Positions 1 to 16,564 are shown, counted from the stretch's first letter. The stretch is 64,000 nt of DNA from the human T2T-CHM13v2.0 reference genome, Homo sapiens (GCF_009914755.1 NC_060929.1); one strand, 5' to 3'. The notes: generated by a model not told the origin, from the sequence alone. Program-made: numbers and translations.

Positions 1-1255
1 AAACAGTTGCATCAAGATCATTGAGCACAGCTGTCTTATCCCCTTTCCAAAACTAACATGAAATTAACTACAGTAATAACTTTTAAAAAATACATTTGCG
101 ATAAAAATGCCATCTACTAACCAGAAATTTGAACAACCCCTAACATGAAGTAAACAGACAGAATTCGATTGACTGAGAAACAAACTGGGAGAAGATCACA
201 GCCCACAAAACGCTGGGGGTTGCAGCAGAGGTAGGAGCTGTCGTGAGGTTTGCTCCAAGCAAAGGGGACAGCAAGGAAAAGAAGAGCCTCAAAGTGAGCA
301 ATCGTCAGCCTAGGACCAGCAGAACTATATGGCCCTTCCCTAAAGCAGCAAGTGTAGATGCTGATAGCGGGATAGCATGCCGGTACCCAAGACAGCTAAT
401 GACCTCAAGAAGGAACAGAGAGTCCCCAGTCTGAGAAGGAAAGACACTGGTTCCCTTCTGGCGTCCGTTCCATTGCTCTCTACAGCTTCTTAATGCTGGC
501 TCCTGACATGCGGATCTGCAGTGAATGACCAACAAACAGCAAGTCTCAAACACTAAGATGAGTCCCAGATCAGAAGATGTCAGACATTTGAAGGAAACTG
601 CCACTGAAGGAAGCATTAGATTCACCAAACAGAACCAAGACCCAAGGAACAAATGAAAATATTAAAATATGTGCAATTGATGATTCATTCAATTTATGTT
701 CAACAAATATTTATTGAGCACTTACATTTATACACAGAAGAACCAAAGATAAAACTCTAAGAAGGAAAATTTGGTATAGATAAAATCAGAAAAACAGTTA
801 ATAAAATTTGTAGATATCTAAATTATTGGTGGATATAATTAAAAAAGCATGAATCTAAAATTCTAAATTATCTCAATATTCCACAGGTGGGAAAGTTAGA
901 GGTGGAAGCATCTAAGGATAATAGATACCAATTAGTTTAGGCTTTGATAGAAAAATGTAAAAGTATATTAAAACTTCAGCAGGATATTAGTATAGGTAAT
1001 ATATATTAAAGATGCAGCACATTAAGTACTTGAAATAAGTATAAAATTTGTTGCTTGAAGACATTTTATGGATGTCTGCTTACATTTTACTGTATAACAT
1101 TTTCTAAATTTCACTTTTTTTATAGTTTTCTTTGTAAATTAGGTATATTTTTGAATTTGTAAAAAGAGGAGGAAAGTGCAAATCAGGTAGTATGAAAGAA
1201 ATTGAAGTGATACAATTATACATTTTTGATTATTTGTTCATCTATTCTCATTTCT

Positions 1256-1563
1256 TTTTTTCTTTTTTTCTTTTTTTTTTTGAGGTGGACTTTCACTCTT
1301 GCTGCCCAGGCTGGAATGCAATGGTGCAAATTCAGCTCACCACAAACCTCCACCTCCTGGGTTCAAGCGATTCTCCTGCCTCAGCCTCCCGAGTAGTTGG
1401 GGTTACAGGCATGTGCCACCATGCCCAGCTAATTTTGTATTTTTAGTAGAGACAGGGTTTCTCCATGTTGGTCAGGCTGGTCTTGAGCTCTCAACCTCAG
1501 GTGATTTGCCTGCCTCGGCCTCCCAAAGTGCTAGGATTACAGTCGTGAGCCACCGCCCCCAGC
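1256..1563 (-). mobile_element. AluS
   Basis: Full dimer; TSD tattctcatttct. Confidence 0.92.
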
Positions 1564-3421
1564 TATGTATTCTCATTTCTTAAATGATGGCTTGATCTCC
1601 ATTCACCCCCCAAATTCTTTTGCAGTTTATCTTGCCTGTTAAATTCTGTTTAATTTTGTCGTTCCCATTACTAGAAAGGAGCAAGTGAAGAGGTTGACAT
1701 TTCATTGTTCCAAGTAATATGAGCACCCTTTTAACTGGAATTTTTTCCCTATGTAATAATGAGTTGAGAATTGGTTCATAAAATATTATGGTTTTGAAAA
1801 TGTCAGCATGGTATCTTAATGATCTAGCTTTAATTATAATGACTTGTTGGCATGAACCTTTGGTAGTAAAGTCTTCAGAGGCTGTGTAAAGTAAACAGTT
1901 TTATATCCATGATAATGTCTAAAGACCTAGAACTTTAACTAAGGAATGTATCCTCTCTTGCTAGTTTGGGATTATGAATACATAATGGCTATTTCACTTT
2001 GAAGAATGTTCAAAGTCTAATATAAAACTTTTTCCTCTGTGGATAAGATATAAATATCACATTGAAATTTAGTATTAAAACTAATGTTACACATATGGTA
2101 AAAAAAAAAAAAATGTTCTTTGTCCTTTGCTATGGTTTTAAAGGAAAAGCAGGAAAATAAGAGGCAAATTCTTCCCCTAAAAATTCTTTAAAATTCGAAC
2201 ATTCATTAATAGGCATTTCGTGGAAGACATATGAATGGCCAATGCATGTATGAAAAAATATTTACCCTCCCAACCACCATAAGGAAATACAAATTTAAAT
2301 AACATCTTGTTGCTATCAGTTGCTAGTCCCTTGAAAGACTTTATTGATAATATCCTGTGGTGATAAGGGGACAAAGAAAATGGCATTCAGATGTATTCGT
2401 GGTCTAGTGGGCCATGCCCATCGGGGTTCTTAGGTTTAGCTAAATATTCAGATTGACCCACCTGTCATAAGCCACATCTGGCACCTGTTGCTCAGAAGAG
2501 AGGTAGCTGGGATAGCCAGCATGCTGGCAGGTGTTGCTCTTCAGTGGGAGCCTGCGTGACACTCCACTTAGTTGTCCATACAACCATCTGGAAGCCACCA
2601 TTCTTGGTACCCCAAGATACAACTTTGCTGCTAAGAAGTGGGTTTGAGCCTTCCTGGCTTGTAAGCCTCGTGCCCCCAGGAGCCAATATCTATAGTAACA
2701 GCTGTACTGCATAGCTTCCCAGTTCTCTGCAAAGAACATACCAGTTATAAAAGTCATTGAACCCAGGAAGGCCCAAAGATATGGTACCTATTAGGTATTT
2801 ATGGTTTTTTCTCTCAAGATACAATTTATCAATTGGGTTATTTTTTCCTAAGCAATGATGCTTATAACACTGTTGACAGTATAGGTTCCTAAGAGAACAG
2901 AGCTAGAAAGTTAACCAAAGGTCAAATTCTCATATAAAAGGAAAAAGGGTGTTTTTTAACCCTTTACTCATAAAGAATAAATGAGCATAATCTCTTTTTA
3001 AGATCACATTTGGACAGTAAACATTGAAAACTTTTATTGTGTGTGTACCCTTTCAAGCTGGCAATTTTGTTTTCATGGCTTTATTGTAACAAATACGAAA
3101 TATGCACAAAGATGTGTCTGTGTCTATATGTAAGTAGGTTTATTAAGCATTATTTGCCATAGTTATTAATTAATAACAATCTAAATGCTCAGCACTTGCT
3201 TAAGAAAATTATAGTACATTCATATTCTAGAATAATATATACGTTTATAAAATAGGTATGTCCAGAAACAACTTTAAAAGAACATATATACCAAAATATT
3301 TAGTGTGTAACTGAGTGGTGATTTTCTGTGTAATTTTTTAAACCATAAGCCACTAATTTTTTACTTTGATCATGTATTACTTTTCTAAATAATTGCTCTT
3401 CATAAAAATTACCAGAAAATT

Positions 3422-3752
<331 letters not shown>

Positions 3753-4656
3753 TTACATTAAATGACTAATCATACATTTTAAGAGTTTGTTTTAATACCA
3801 TTAAAAAAGCTTGATCTTGAACTTTCTTAATGCATTTAATGAAATTCTATGTTCTATAAACTATGGAGCTTCATCTCACATCAACATCTGAAGTGATAAT
3901 TTTGAAGTATTTCAAGCCATAAAAATCATTCAGTTCACTTTCTCATATATACTATTACTTGAAACTATGACTCAGTGATAAAAGTGGGGAAAGCACATAT
4001 ATTTTTTATAGAATTTAGATGCCAGCTCTCAAGTTCTTTTCTCAGGTTATGGGTAGGTTAATGGATGCCATCATTACTACCTTATGGATTTGTTTTTAAA
4101 TACATCCAATTTATTCTCCATCTTCCACTTGGGTAATATACACACATCATAGTTTAACATTACCTCACCCACTGATAGTCTTGCCACTCTATTTATTGGT
4201 TTAGAAAATGTAAAACAAATATTTCCTCAAGGGGTATGTGGTACTTGGAGGAATATTAAAAAGCAAAATATAATTCATGCTGTACCTTCAATAAAATAAG
4301 AATTATGTGAGGAATATTCAAAGAAATGTTTATTGCATTTGTTACCTGCTGTTTTGTATTAGCTGTGTTTCTTGTTCTCCATACAAATGGATGATGCAGA
4401 GTTAGCTGGCTCTGTAGAAGTGCTGTAGAAGTGGATTACAGTAGAAGACCAGTCTTTGGGACACAGATTGGAATTCTGATCCTGGCCTCACCAAGTACTC
4501 TGTTACCCAGAGACTCAGTTTCCTCATTTACAAAATGAATAGACTAGATATCTCTTAGGTCTTTTCAACTGAAAAAACTATTAAGAATTATGTAATTTAT
4601 AACATTAAGACTTATGATGATAAAATTTCTGATAATTTTGTGTTTTTTTCTTTCAG

Positions 4657-4724
4657 TTTGTATCTGTTCAAACTAGGAATAGCACCCCAGATCCAGGATT
4701 TGTTGGGCAAAGTAGACTTCACAG
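4657..4724 (+). CDS. IQGAP2: IQGAP2 coding exon (inferred exon 6), end of calponin-homology domain; 68 nt
   Basis: tttcag| ... ACAG|gtacta; translates [22 protein letters not shown], typical of the IQGAP family; phase joins the next exon. Confidence 0.95.
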
Positions 4725-4782
4725 GTACTACTCTTTATCTTTGTAATTTTTTACAATCTAGTTATAAAAAGTACCAATACCT

Positions 4783-5342
<560 letters not shown>

Positions 5343-5367
5343 TTATGATTATTTTGTTCTTTGTTAG

Positions 5368-5481
5368 AGGAGGAAATCAGTAATATGAGAAAAGAACTTG
5401 AGAAATATGGAATACAGATGCCATCTTTCAGCAAAATAGGTGGTATTCTGGCCAATGAACTGTCCGTGGATGAAGCTGCAT
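5368..5481 (+). CDS. IQGAP2: IQGAP2 coding exon (inferred 7); 114 nt, phase 1-1
   Basis: ttgttag| ... GCAT|gtaagt; EEEISNMRKELEKYGIQMPSFSKIGGILANELSVDEAA. Confidence 0.96.
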
Positions 5482-6160
5482 GTAAGTCCATTCAAAATCC
5501 AAACTTGCCATGGATGTGAGACTTACCTGTACTTTACCTATTGATTTTGATTACTCGAAATAGAATATTTAGAAGATACTTTAAGCACCCTAAAAGTTTT
5601 TATTATTTGTTTTATAGATGATTAATTTGAGGATGTCAGAATATAACCAAGTAATTGATTTTGGTCTTTAGACTTCTACTTGTACAACATGAATTGAGGT
5701 TCTAGAAATACCTTCATTGTCCATAGTTCTCTACTTTCTGTGTCTGTAGATTTTAGTGGTAGAGTTCATTGTTACAGGTCTTTTAGTATTGCAAGCTAAA
5801 TTGCAAGTATTTCTTGGAACCAACATGTTACTTTAAAATTACCCATGTCGCCCTGACCAGAGGGCAAGGATTGACTTACCTTCTAACTCCTGTGGTTGAC
5901 ATAGGGCTTGCTTCATTTTAGCCATTCAGTGATGTATAAATGAGTCAGAATTACTTAACAGATGCTGAGATCAGGACCAAAGACAGCCATGTGGAGAGGT
6001 TGTCAGGTGCTCCATAATATGTCTCAGTTCTCTTTTTGACATATTTACTGGAAGCCAAGAAAGAAAGTAAAACTGCTTGAGTTTACACAGGGTCAATGCA
6101 ACTGTCCATGTTGTCTTTTGCTGATAAAAACCTTTTTCTCTCTCTCTCTTTACTTTTTAG

Positions 6161-6339
6161 TACATGCTGCAGTTATAGCCATTAATGAAGCAGTTGAAAA
6201 AGGAATAGCAGAGCAAACCGTTGTAACACTAAGAAACCCAAATGCGGTTTTAACTTTAGTGGATGACAACCTTGCACCAGAATATCAGAAAGAACTCTGG
6301 GATGCCAAAAAGAAAAAAGAGGAAAATGCAAGACTGAAG
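6161..6339 (+). CDS. IQGAP2: IQGAP2 coding exon (inferred 8); 179 nt
   Basis: tttttag| ... AAG|gtgctt; LHAAVIAINEAVEKGIAEQ...EENARLK (inside ORF 6118..6354). Confidence 0.95.
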
Positions 6340-6523
6340 GTGCTTAGATTCTGAGTAATAAAAACAGTAATGAATGTGCTTATGAGTTACTAGTTTGAAA
6401 AGCCTTAATGTTGAAAGCAATACTTTTAAATCAATTGGCTATTTTCTCTATAGCCGTAGACAATTGATTTGAATGAAATGTAGCATACAAGAGGACCATA
6501 CACTAGGTAAGGCAATTAGATTA

Positions 6524-6854
<331 letters not shown>

Positions 6855-8590
6855 TTAGAAAGGGAATTTTGTGATGGATGTTATATATTGACAGAATTAA
6901 AAGTCATGTTGCAAACTTACTAATGTCCCCAGGAAGTGTAGAAGTAGCAACTCATGATCATCCCTTGTTAGACATCAACAGACCTTACATTAGCCAAGTT
7001 ACTTTTACATTTGGTAGTAGAGGTTAATAATTCAGTGTGGTGAAGTTCAGAGAGGATGTTTTTGAATCTACAGTCTTCATATTTTCCCAATAGTCAATCC
7101 TTTATATTTGAGGATGTCCCTCCTGTACAAGACAGCCTGCTCCTAATCGTAACTCCATTTGTAACCACCTTTCTGTGTAGTCCATTATTGAAAAATTTGT
7201 CTACGCTGAGAGCTTCTACTTCCTCACCAGCTTGTCTCTCATTAAGCTCTTGCCATGTCAGTTTCAGCTCCATGACTGAAAGTAACCACTTTAGGTTTTG
7301 GCATTTTCTCAACTGGTGGCTTCCACCAGCATCTGGCAGGGTTGGCCTCCTACCTTGAGATTCTCTGCTTCACTAGCTTATGTGCGTCCTTGCTGCCACA
7401 GTTCTCCTCTGTGCCTCTTTCTCCTCTTCCTTCTCCCTCTCAGTATGGGGATTCTTCAAGGTCTGACATGGAATCCCTTCTCTGTTCTTCTTCCATTGAG
7501 CTCATCCACTTGTTGAAGAAATCAGCCATCAGCTTTATGCCAGCCCATCCCAAATTGGCCTCTCTCCTCCTTCTCCAGATAACTTTGTCTGTGTCCCTCT
7601 GGCTTTGTACCCCATTATATCAGAAGAGTTCCCCTTGCTGACTTCCCTGGTTCAGAATGATGGCCGGGTTTGTCTCAGAACTCTTTTTATGCCCCCTGTG
7701 TCCCATGCATTGCTAGATTCTGCTGCCTACTCTTGTTGGAGTTGAATCTGTCGCCAACCTTCTAGTCTCACCAGTCTTGCCTCAGTCCTGCCCCTTCTGA
7801 CCTCATTGCATGACTCTTCTATCAAGCACCTTCCTTGTGGGTCTCTCTGCCTCCTGTTACTCTCTAAGCCAATCCCTCTTAAAGCTAGAGGTTACAAAAC
7901 TGATCTTTAACTACAAATCTTGTGTTAACCCACCAGAGACATGCCCCGATTCTCTATTACCTACTGAATTAAATACCAAATCTTAGCTTAGCCTTCAGCT
8001 GACCCCCTCATCTTTTTGGCTCACCATGGACACACTCCAAGCTGTAGCCTAATGTGCTAAGCTTTCCATCTGTGTAACCAAATCCTGCTGTCTGTTTCCT
8101 ATTCTTGACATTATTCTGTTGCTCGAAGCCCTCATTGATTATGATCTCTTTGCAAAATTTTCTTCCCAACTAAGTATGAATACTTTCTTAAAAAATGCTT
8201 ATAGTACTTCTCTTATAGAACCTATTCTGTTCTTCTAGGTATATTTATTACTTGTGTTCTTGATTTTATTAGATCAAATCAAATGAAATTGGCACTATTC
8301 AACTGTTTTTGATCTAAAAAAAGGGCAATACCAAGTGGTCCAAACTAATGTTTTCCACATTTGAAAATTAGCCCTTTTCAAAGAGTCACCGGGTCTGTCA
8401 TTCATCTTTGTAGTCTTTGCCAGCATTCTCCCCTAGTCCCCTGCACAGAGCAGGCACTCCACAAATGCTTGCAATGAATTTAAATAATTAGGGAATGGTT
8501 TTTGTCACTCTTCACATTTTTCCATTTGAATTTCGAGTTTTGGAAATATTTTATTTAACCTCAGAAATCAGTGAAGACTTTGTTTTGCAG

Positions 8591-8678
8591 AATAGCTGTA
8601 TTTCAGAAGAAGAAAGAGATGCTTATGAAGAACTGCTGACACAAGCAGAAATCCAAGGCAATATTAATAAAGTCAACA
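8591..8678 (+). CDS. IQGAP2: IQGAP2 coding exon (inferred 9); 88 nt
   Basis: ttttgcag| ... AACA|gtaagt; NSCISEEERDAYEELLTQAEIQGNINKVN. Confidence 0.96.
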
Positions 8679-10438
8679 GTAAGTAATGGATCGTATGAAG
8701 GAAATTGATATTTCCGTAAGATACAGACTTTCCTTGCCAGAATCCCAACACAACTCTCAATTTGTATACTTGGAAAACTGCCTTATACAATGAAAAATCT
8801 ACTCAGTGTCAGTGTTGCTCTTAATTATGGTGCAGCATTTGGCAGTTTCCCACTGGGCTTTTTTTGGTGATCTCAGTCCACACAAAGTATCCTGAAGCTA
8901 GTTTGATTCTACCTTCCTGTTTCATTACATTCCACATTTTAATTCTGTCACTTTTGGGGCTAATACTGAAGGTCATTTAGTAAAAGATTATAATTTACAG
9001 ATTGTAGTTGCTTGCCCATGATTATGCGATGATGTTCTATTGGAATTGTAAAAGGTACTATTGACACCACTGCTCTCTGTGACTTCCCAGCCATTAGTCT
9101 GTTGTTTGTAAGATTTTTCTTACACTTGTGTAACTTTGGTGCCAGTGAATGGGACTATGGACAGGCCAGATGAAATCTCATGATGGCAGCTTTGAGTCCC
9201 ACACCCCTGAGCCTCTGTGGAGTCAAGCAGATGAGTTCCTCTTAGTACCTGGCTCAAGTGTCTGATTGTAAAGAACAGCAGACTCAGGTAATTAAAATAA
9301 GCGTATGCAGGTTGAGATACATCAATTTTTTTATTAGTCTTTTCTCCCCTCTGGCAAAACCTATTTTTACTTGAGCATCAGAAGAGTCAGTAAGAAATTT
9401 CATTTGATGTTTATTTTTCCCTGGTCAATCTAGATAATCCATATATACCCAAAAAACTAATACATGAAAGGCCATTTAGCCTGCTTAATAAAGCATGTGA
9501 ACTCCCTGCGAAATTAAAATTTGGAGTATCCACTAATTACAACAGTCCTAAACCTTGCCTTCCTTTTAACATCCTCGTTGAGTTTTGAATATTCTTTTTT
9601 GCTTGTAACTCTTGCAAAGAAGTGTACACCCACGGTGTTACTAAGAAGTCTGCTCCTAAATTGCTGGAGAGAAATATCCTAAGGGGCTCAAACAGTAATT
9701 AAGGAAAGCCCCAGAGGGTTAATGTAAATGTCTAGGAGTTAACAACTGAATGTGTTTGAGAATATGCCTCACATACACATAACTGGGCTGAAAACTCTCA
9801 ATTGCCTTTATTTTTTTAAGGTAACACCTTAACATTTTAGGGTGCATGTGCCTGTTGTTTTATTCTTGTGAAATCTTGAACATGTTACTGATGATACATG
9901 AAGTACAATTTAAAGTTTGTCTTTTTGCTCTATGCGAAAGCTGAGAACTTCGTGATGCTTGACAGAAATGAATTACAGGAGGAAATTAATGTTGCCAGTG
10001 AGACATCTGAGGTCCATAAGCCTAGAGAGGAAATGGCTCCATAGCCTTTAACCATCCTTTATTTTTGAAATATTTATAACCATGAAAACAGTTTTCTTTT
10101 TCATGTTAAATAAAATGCTTTATATAAATGTTTTAGTTCTTTACTCAGTGCCATAATTTCCTGACCGCAAATTTAATGCCAAATTGGCTATACTTTTTTT
10201 TTCCATTTTTAAGTAAAAGGCATTGGATGTTTTGCACTAATGGTAAAACCGGCTGAAAATATGAAAGCAAGGTTTGATGGCTTTAAATGTGTAGAACATG
10301 ATTATTCTGAAGTCTTTTTATCTCTCCCCATCTTAAAATTTATAGTCCAGTAGAACTGAAAGTAACCTTAGGAAAAAAACCCTCATTTTGATGACATGAC
10401 AATGAGACAATTGTACACTTTAAAATACGTAAGAATCA

Positions 10439-10747
<309 letters not shown>

Positions 10748-10995
10748 TCATTACTTTGACAAGATTTTCCTCAACCATGTAGGTTATTATATTAAAATGT
10801 TAAGGCATCCACATTCATAGCAACCATAGTAATAGCATCAGTGACAATGTTGGTGGTAATGTCAACAGATCTGTTGTTAGAGGCCTCAGCTTTGTTCACA
10901 TTATAACCCTTTACCTTTCAGGTTCAGCAAATGCATTCCATTCATTGCATGATATTTTCTGTTAAGATCAGAGCTGGACATTTTGCATTTCTTTG

Positions 10996-11141
10996 CTTTT
11001 TTTTTTTTTTTTTTTTTTTTTTTTCCGGACAGGGTCTTATTCTATTGCCCAGTCTGGTGTTAAACTCTTGGGCTCAAGTGATCCTCCTTCCTCAGCCTCC
11101 CAAAATGCTAGGATTACAGACAAAAGCTACCACACCCTGCC
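10996..11141 (-). mobile_element. FLAM / Alu left monomer
   Basis: Monomer with T-tract; TSD ctggacattt. Confidence 0.85.
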
Positions 11142-11230
11142 TGGACATTTCGTTAAATGCAGAGTGTAAAAGAGTGGTTGATCTTACCTTATTTTTTTAG
11201 AAGAAATTGTTTATTTAATAGTGTTTTTCA

Positions 11231-11555
<325 letters not shown>

Positions 11556-12262
11556 CAGTGTTTTAAAGACATGATTTTCTGATGTTTGAAATATAGCTGT
11601 ACAAACCCATATAATAAATTTATCAAAGGTAAAGCAAGATCCTACCTAGAGTAATCCGAGATACAGCTGAAAGGCCTTGGAGTAACTTTAGCAGAACAGC
11701 AAATACCACAAACAACCACTAGCCTTCCTTTCTGAAATTTTTTGGTTTGTCACATTAATTTTAAAGATAGAAATGCTAAGGTTCTCAGGGTCCTTTAGGT
11801 TAAGTGTGAGTTTTCTGGGGGATGACTTGAAGGATTCCATTAATCATAAGTATTTCCTGTTATTGAATTATATCTCTTAGTAAAAATATTGAGGGAAGAT
11901 CCTCGTGAATGTATTTAGAGAAGATAAATTGTCATCTTGTCAAAAAGGGTTAGAAGAATCTTAGCTGCAATCTAGTCACGAATTAGGCAGACAGGCTAAC
12001 CCTTGAAAGGCTCTAAAAATGTATGGGTATGTGTTACTTCTGCTACCCAGATGCCTTCTCTATAAGGCAAAACTCTGCAATCTCTGTCTGATTTGCTCTT
12101 TCCTGGTGGCAGAGTTCATCATTCATTCTCCCATTTACTCAGCAATTTCATTTTTGTTCTCTGAAAACTATGCTGAATCTACTGTTCCAAGCATCTCAGT
12201 TTGGTAACCAAAATTCATTTCTTTATAATCTGCACCTTACAACTGGTTGAGAGATCACAGAG

Positions 12263-12615
12263 TGTATTAGTCCATTCTCACACTGCTATAAAGAACTGCT
12301 TGAGACTGGGTAATTTATGAAGAAAAGAGGCTTAATTGACTCAGAGTTCTGCATGTCTGAAGGAGGCCTCAGGAAACTTACGATCATGGCAGAAGGTGAT
12401 GGGGAAGCCAGGCACATCTTCACATGCCCAAAGCAGGAGGAATAGAGAGAAGGGGGAAGCGTTACACACTTAACCGTATCTCGTGAGAACTCACTATCAT
12501 CCAGGGGGAAATCCGCCCCCATGTTACAATCATCTTCCACCAGATCCCTCCTCCAACATTGGGGATTATAATTCAACATAAGATTTGGGTGGGGACACAG
12601 AGCCAAACCATATCA
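12263..12615 (-). mobile_element. MSTA-like MaLR solo LTR
   Basis: TG...CA ends, GGGGACACAGAGCCAAACCATATCA terminus, 5 bp TSD CAGAG. Confidence 0.9.
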
Positions 12616-13191
12616 CAGAGTTTATGGTTGTCTCAGATGTTGCAGCAATATGTCCGAGTGCTTGCTGTAGGCTTACCGCAGTGCTTATGTGTTAGGAAGA
12701 TATAACAGTAGGGCAAGGCTTGCTTCTGGTCTTCTTGTCACTTGAAGTCTCCTTGGGGAGACAGTACTAATGCACAAGGAGCACAGGGAACATGCCTGCT
12801 GGAACTACATGGCCCAGCTTTAAATAACTATGGTGTTCACATGATGAGAAATCCTTAAGGACTGGAGCAATCTGAAGGCTTCAGGGAAGAAATGAGACCA
12901 GAGCTGGTCCTATAAGGAAGGATTTTGGAAGGAAGTCATGCTACTCAGGAATGATCTCATACCCTAAGCTCCATCAATGCTAAGGTTCTTGTAGGCACTA
13001 ATTCCAAAGATTGGATTAGTTTGAATTACTGAGATAACATTTTCAAAGCCTTACCTACCCTCTGCCTGCAGCTTTTCAGAGTTCATGAAAAGTAACTGCT
13101 TAGGTTCAAATCCTTGGGAAGAAGGGCTGGTTGGGTGAGACTGCAGTGGAAAGAGCAACCATTCTGACAAAACATGAACCCCCATCCTCAG

Positions 13192-13355
13192 GGCAGGCTG
13201 CAGTGGACCATATCAATGCTGTCATTCCGGAAGGTGACCCCGAGAATACGCTGCTTGCACTGAAGAAACCAGAGGCCCAGCTGCCTGCTGTTTATCCCTT
13301 TGCTGCTGCCATGTATCAGAACGAACTTTTCAACCTCCAGAAACAGAACACCATG
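13192..13355 (+). CDS. IQGAP2: IQGAP2 coding exon (inferred 10); 164 nt
   Basis: cctcag| ... ATG|gtaagt; RQAAVDHINAVIPEGDPENTLLALKKPEAQLPAVYPFAAAMYQNELFNLQKQNTM. Confidence 0.94.
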
Positions 13356-13699
13356 GTAAGTCAGAGGAGACCCCAGCTGTGGGGACGGTAACCCTGCGTG
13401 CCATGGCGCACTAGGGAAGCCTAGTTAGGAAAGGGGAATAGGGATCGGGGATCTCTAATTTGTACCAGTCCTGGTCTCACTGGCCCACCTGTACCAATTC
13501 CAAGGCCTTCTTCCTTGTTAATTCTTGCTTTTAGTCTACATAAAGAATCTAAGAGCATAGTTAGGAAATTCCAGCAGTGGTCTATACATATACCTGTGAA
13601 AATAGGTTGTTCTTATTTTCTGTGTGATATTTGAAGACACCTTGGATAAATTTTAGCTATACCGATGTGGTATTTTTTTTACAATATATAATGTTTTTA

Positions 13700-14820
13700 T
13701 GTAGAAAATAAGCTCAATCTGCAATTTTAGAAACTGCAAATAAGACCATTAGCACCATGGCTTTGATTTTTGTGAACTTGTGCACCTTAATATGACAACA
13801 GCATTCAACAATAATTTCATACAAGGTTACAGTAATTAAGAACATGTTTACTAACACTCTTGTAAGCCAAACAATGAAACAAAATGAAAACTACTGAAAG
13901 CAGAACCAAGAATTCAGCATATAACAAGGCTCGTATTTCAAGAAGGTGGGGAAACAACTATTTAATAAATGATATCCTTGCAAGTGTTTAAGCTTTGTTA
14001 AGAAAACATTAACTCACTACACATATATCAAAATAAATTTTCAACATAAAATGTTAAATATAAAAAATAATTTAACAAATTAAAGTTCTAAGGAAAAACA
14101 CAGGACAGTCATTGGATCTTTAAAGTCACAATCAGCACTTATCCACACACAATAAAGAGAGGCCAAAAACATGAGCAGGCAATTCATAAAACAAGAACTA
14201 TACAAATGACAAACAAAAAAAAAGTTTAAACTCAATCAGAAGTAAAAAATATATAAATTAAAACACAGTACACTTATGATTTAAAATTAGATTGGTAAAG
14301 ATTAGAAAGATTTAACCCAGCGTAGGGATAGATATGGGGCCCAAACATCTCCTACACAGCTGCTGGGAGTATGAATTATACAGATTTTCTGCAGGGTGGT
14401 CTTAGTAATACAGATCAAAAGCCCATGATGCTGACAGTTACGTTCTAGAAAATAAGCCTGAAGGATATGAACCAAATAGCTTTGGCCACAGAGATGTTTC
14501 ACAGCATTGTTTAGAATACTGAAAACCAGGAAACAAATGTTTAATTAATAACAGATTGCCTATAAATTAATAACATTTATGGTGCTTGTACATGTGAGAA
14601 ATATGTGCAACCAGTAAAAATGATAATGTAAAGAATGACTGGAAAAGATATCCATACTAATATTAAGTGGGAAAAATAAGATTAAGATATATAGCATTAT
14701 CTTGTTTTTTGCAAAAAGAAAGTGAAGTCAGTTATAAAGACAAAACCTCTGCAAATGTATATATGAATTTAAAATACATAAAAGGATATACACAAAAGAG
14801 CTTGAGTGGTAGCATTTGTT
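13700..14820 (+). mobile_element. Old L1M fragment (ORF2/3' end); boundaries approximate
   Basis: A-rich degenerate L1-like text (gatgtttcacagcattgttt, ggaaaagatatccat). Confidence 0.55.
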
Positions 14821-14852
14821 TTCTTATTCTTGCTTACTAAGACTTCTGTATT

Positions 14853-14990
14853 GGCTGAGTGTGGTAGTTCCTGTCTGTAATCTTAGCACTTTGGGAGGCT
14901 GAGACAGGAGGATCACTTGAGGCCAGGAGTTCAAGACCAACCTGGGCAACATAGGCCTCATCTTTACAAAAATAATAATAATAATTAAAA
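14853..14990 (+). mobile_element. FLAM / Alu monomer
   Basis: Left-arm sequence with (AAT)n tail. Confidence 0.85.
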
Positions 14991-15669
14991 AGACTCCCTA
15001 TGTTTCCTAAATAGAAATATAGTATTTGTAATAAAAGAAAAATAGCTTATTTTCTTAATTTCATTCAGGTTCTCTCATTAATATTTTCTTCCACTTCTCT
15101 GGCTCTGAAGCTCAAGGCTACTTATGCTTGAGGACACTCATTCATCCTCAACTGGCCATAGTTAACCTGTGGCTGTCCAACCTCATTTCTTCTTCCTCTC
15201 TCCTTATCCTTTTTGCTGTAAACCAATTTAGGTATCCACGGACAGGTCACTGAAAGAGATAGAGGAGGTGAATTATAAACGATTCCATTCTGCTCTTATA
15301 ATTTGATACTTTGTATGTTAAACTTGTATTTAATGTAATATATTTAAATAAAATTTACTTACATGCTCTCGATGGTAACCCCTTCTTCCCATTTGCTTTG
15401 AAAGATTAAACTATCCCTTTTTATTCTGAAATCAGTTTGCTGCGAGACTTCTGTGGAGATCCAGAAAGATATAATAATGCATTTTAAGATGAACATTATG
15501 TTATATATTAAATACCTGTAATATCCTAAATGTAAAATATGTATCAGCTTTTCCTTAGTGGTTCTTTTTCATGCTCCTGCTCCTTATGTCCCTTCAATAT
15601 GATGAAAAAAATATTCCTTTTGAAGTTGGGCCAAGATAATATAAAATGGTTAAATGGAAGAAGATATTA

Positions 15670-15960
<291 letters not shown>

Positions 15961-16564
15961 TTACTTGCTTTACCAAAAGATCACCTCAGATTTCTTCAAA
16001 TATCTTGACCTGGTAGTGTATTTTAAAATTTCTATTTTAAAATTTATGAAAATGTCACTTTAACTTTTTTTGAATTAAATCAGTAGTCTTGGTTTGAAGA
16101 CCTTGCTTTGTGCTTCAGATTATAACTTTTCAGTGAAATTCTCCCAACCTTCCCTTAACCCTTAATTCAAACTGGAAATCGTTAGCTGTGCTAAAATGTT
16201 ACCTGGCACTCTCAGTCAGTGACAATGTTATCTAGTCCTTGGCTTAATTATATGGCTGGACTGAGCCTTTAAGCAACCAGTATAGCTAGGAGTAGGGATC
16301 AGCAATGGGAATGCAGATATTTGTGGAATCGTAACTTTTCATTGTAATCAACCCAGTCCCAAAAAATGATCATCTAATGAAAGCCCAGGAGCCATATACC
16401 TGTTCTTAAAGCCAGTGGAAAGCAGGTGGCCACGACTCCTCTTTCTGCTGAGCTATCAAGTTCTTTGACTTTTTGTTGTTTGTTGAAATGTGCATTGTAA
16501 ACCTCCATCATGCACATGAGGTGTGTTGTGTGGGGAGCTTATGTTGCCATATGTTTTCCAACAG

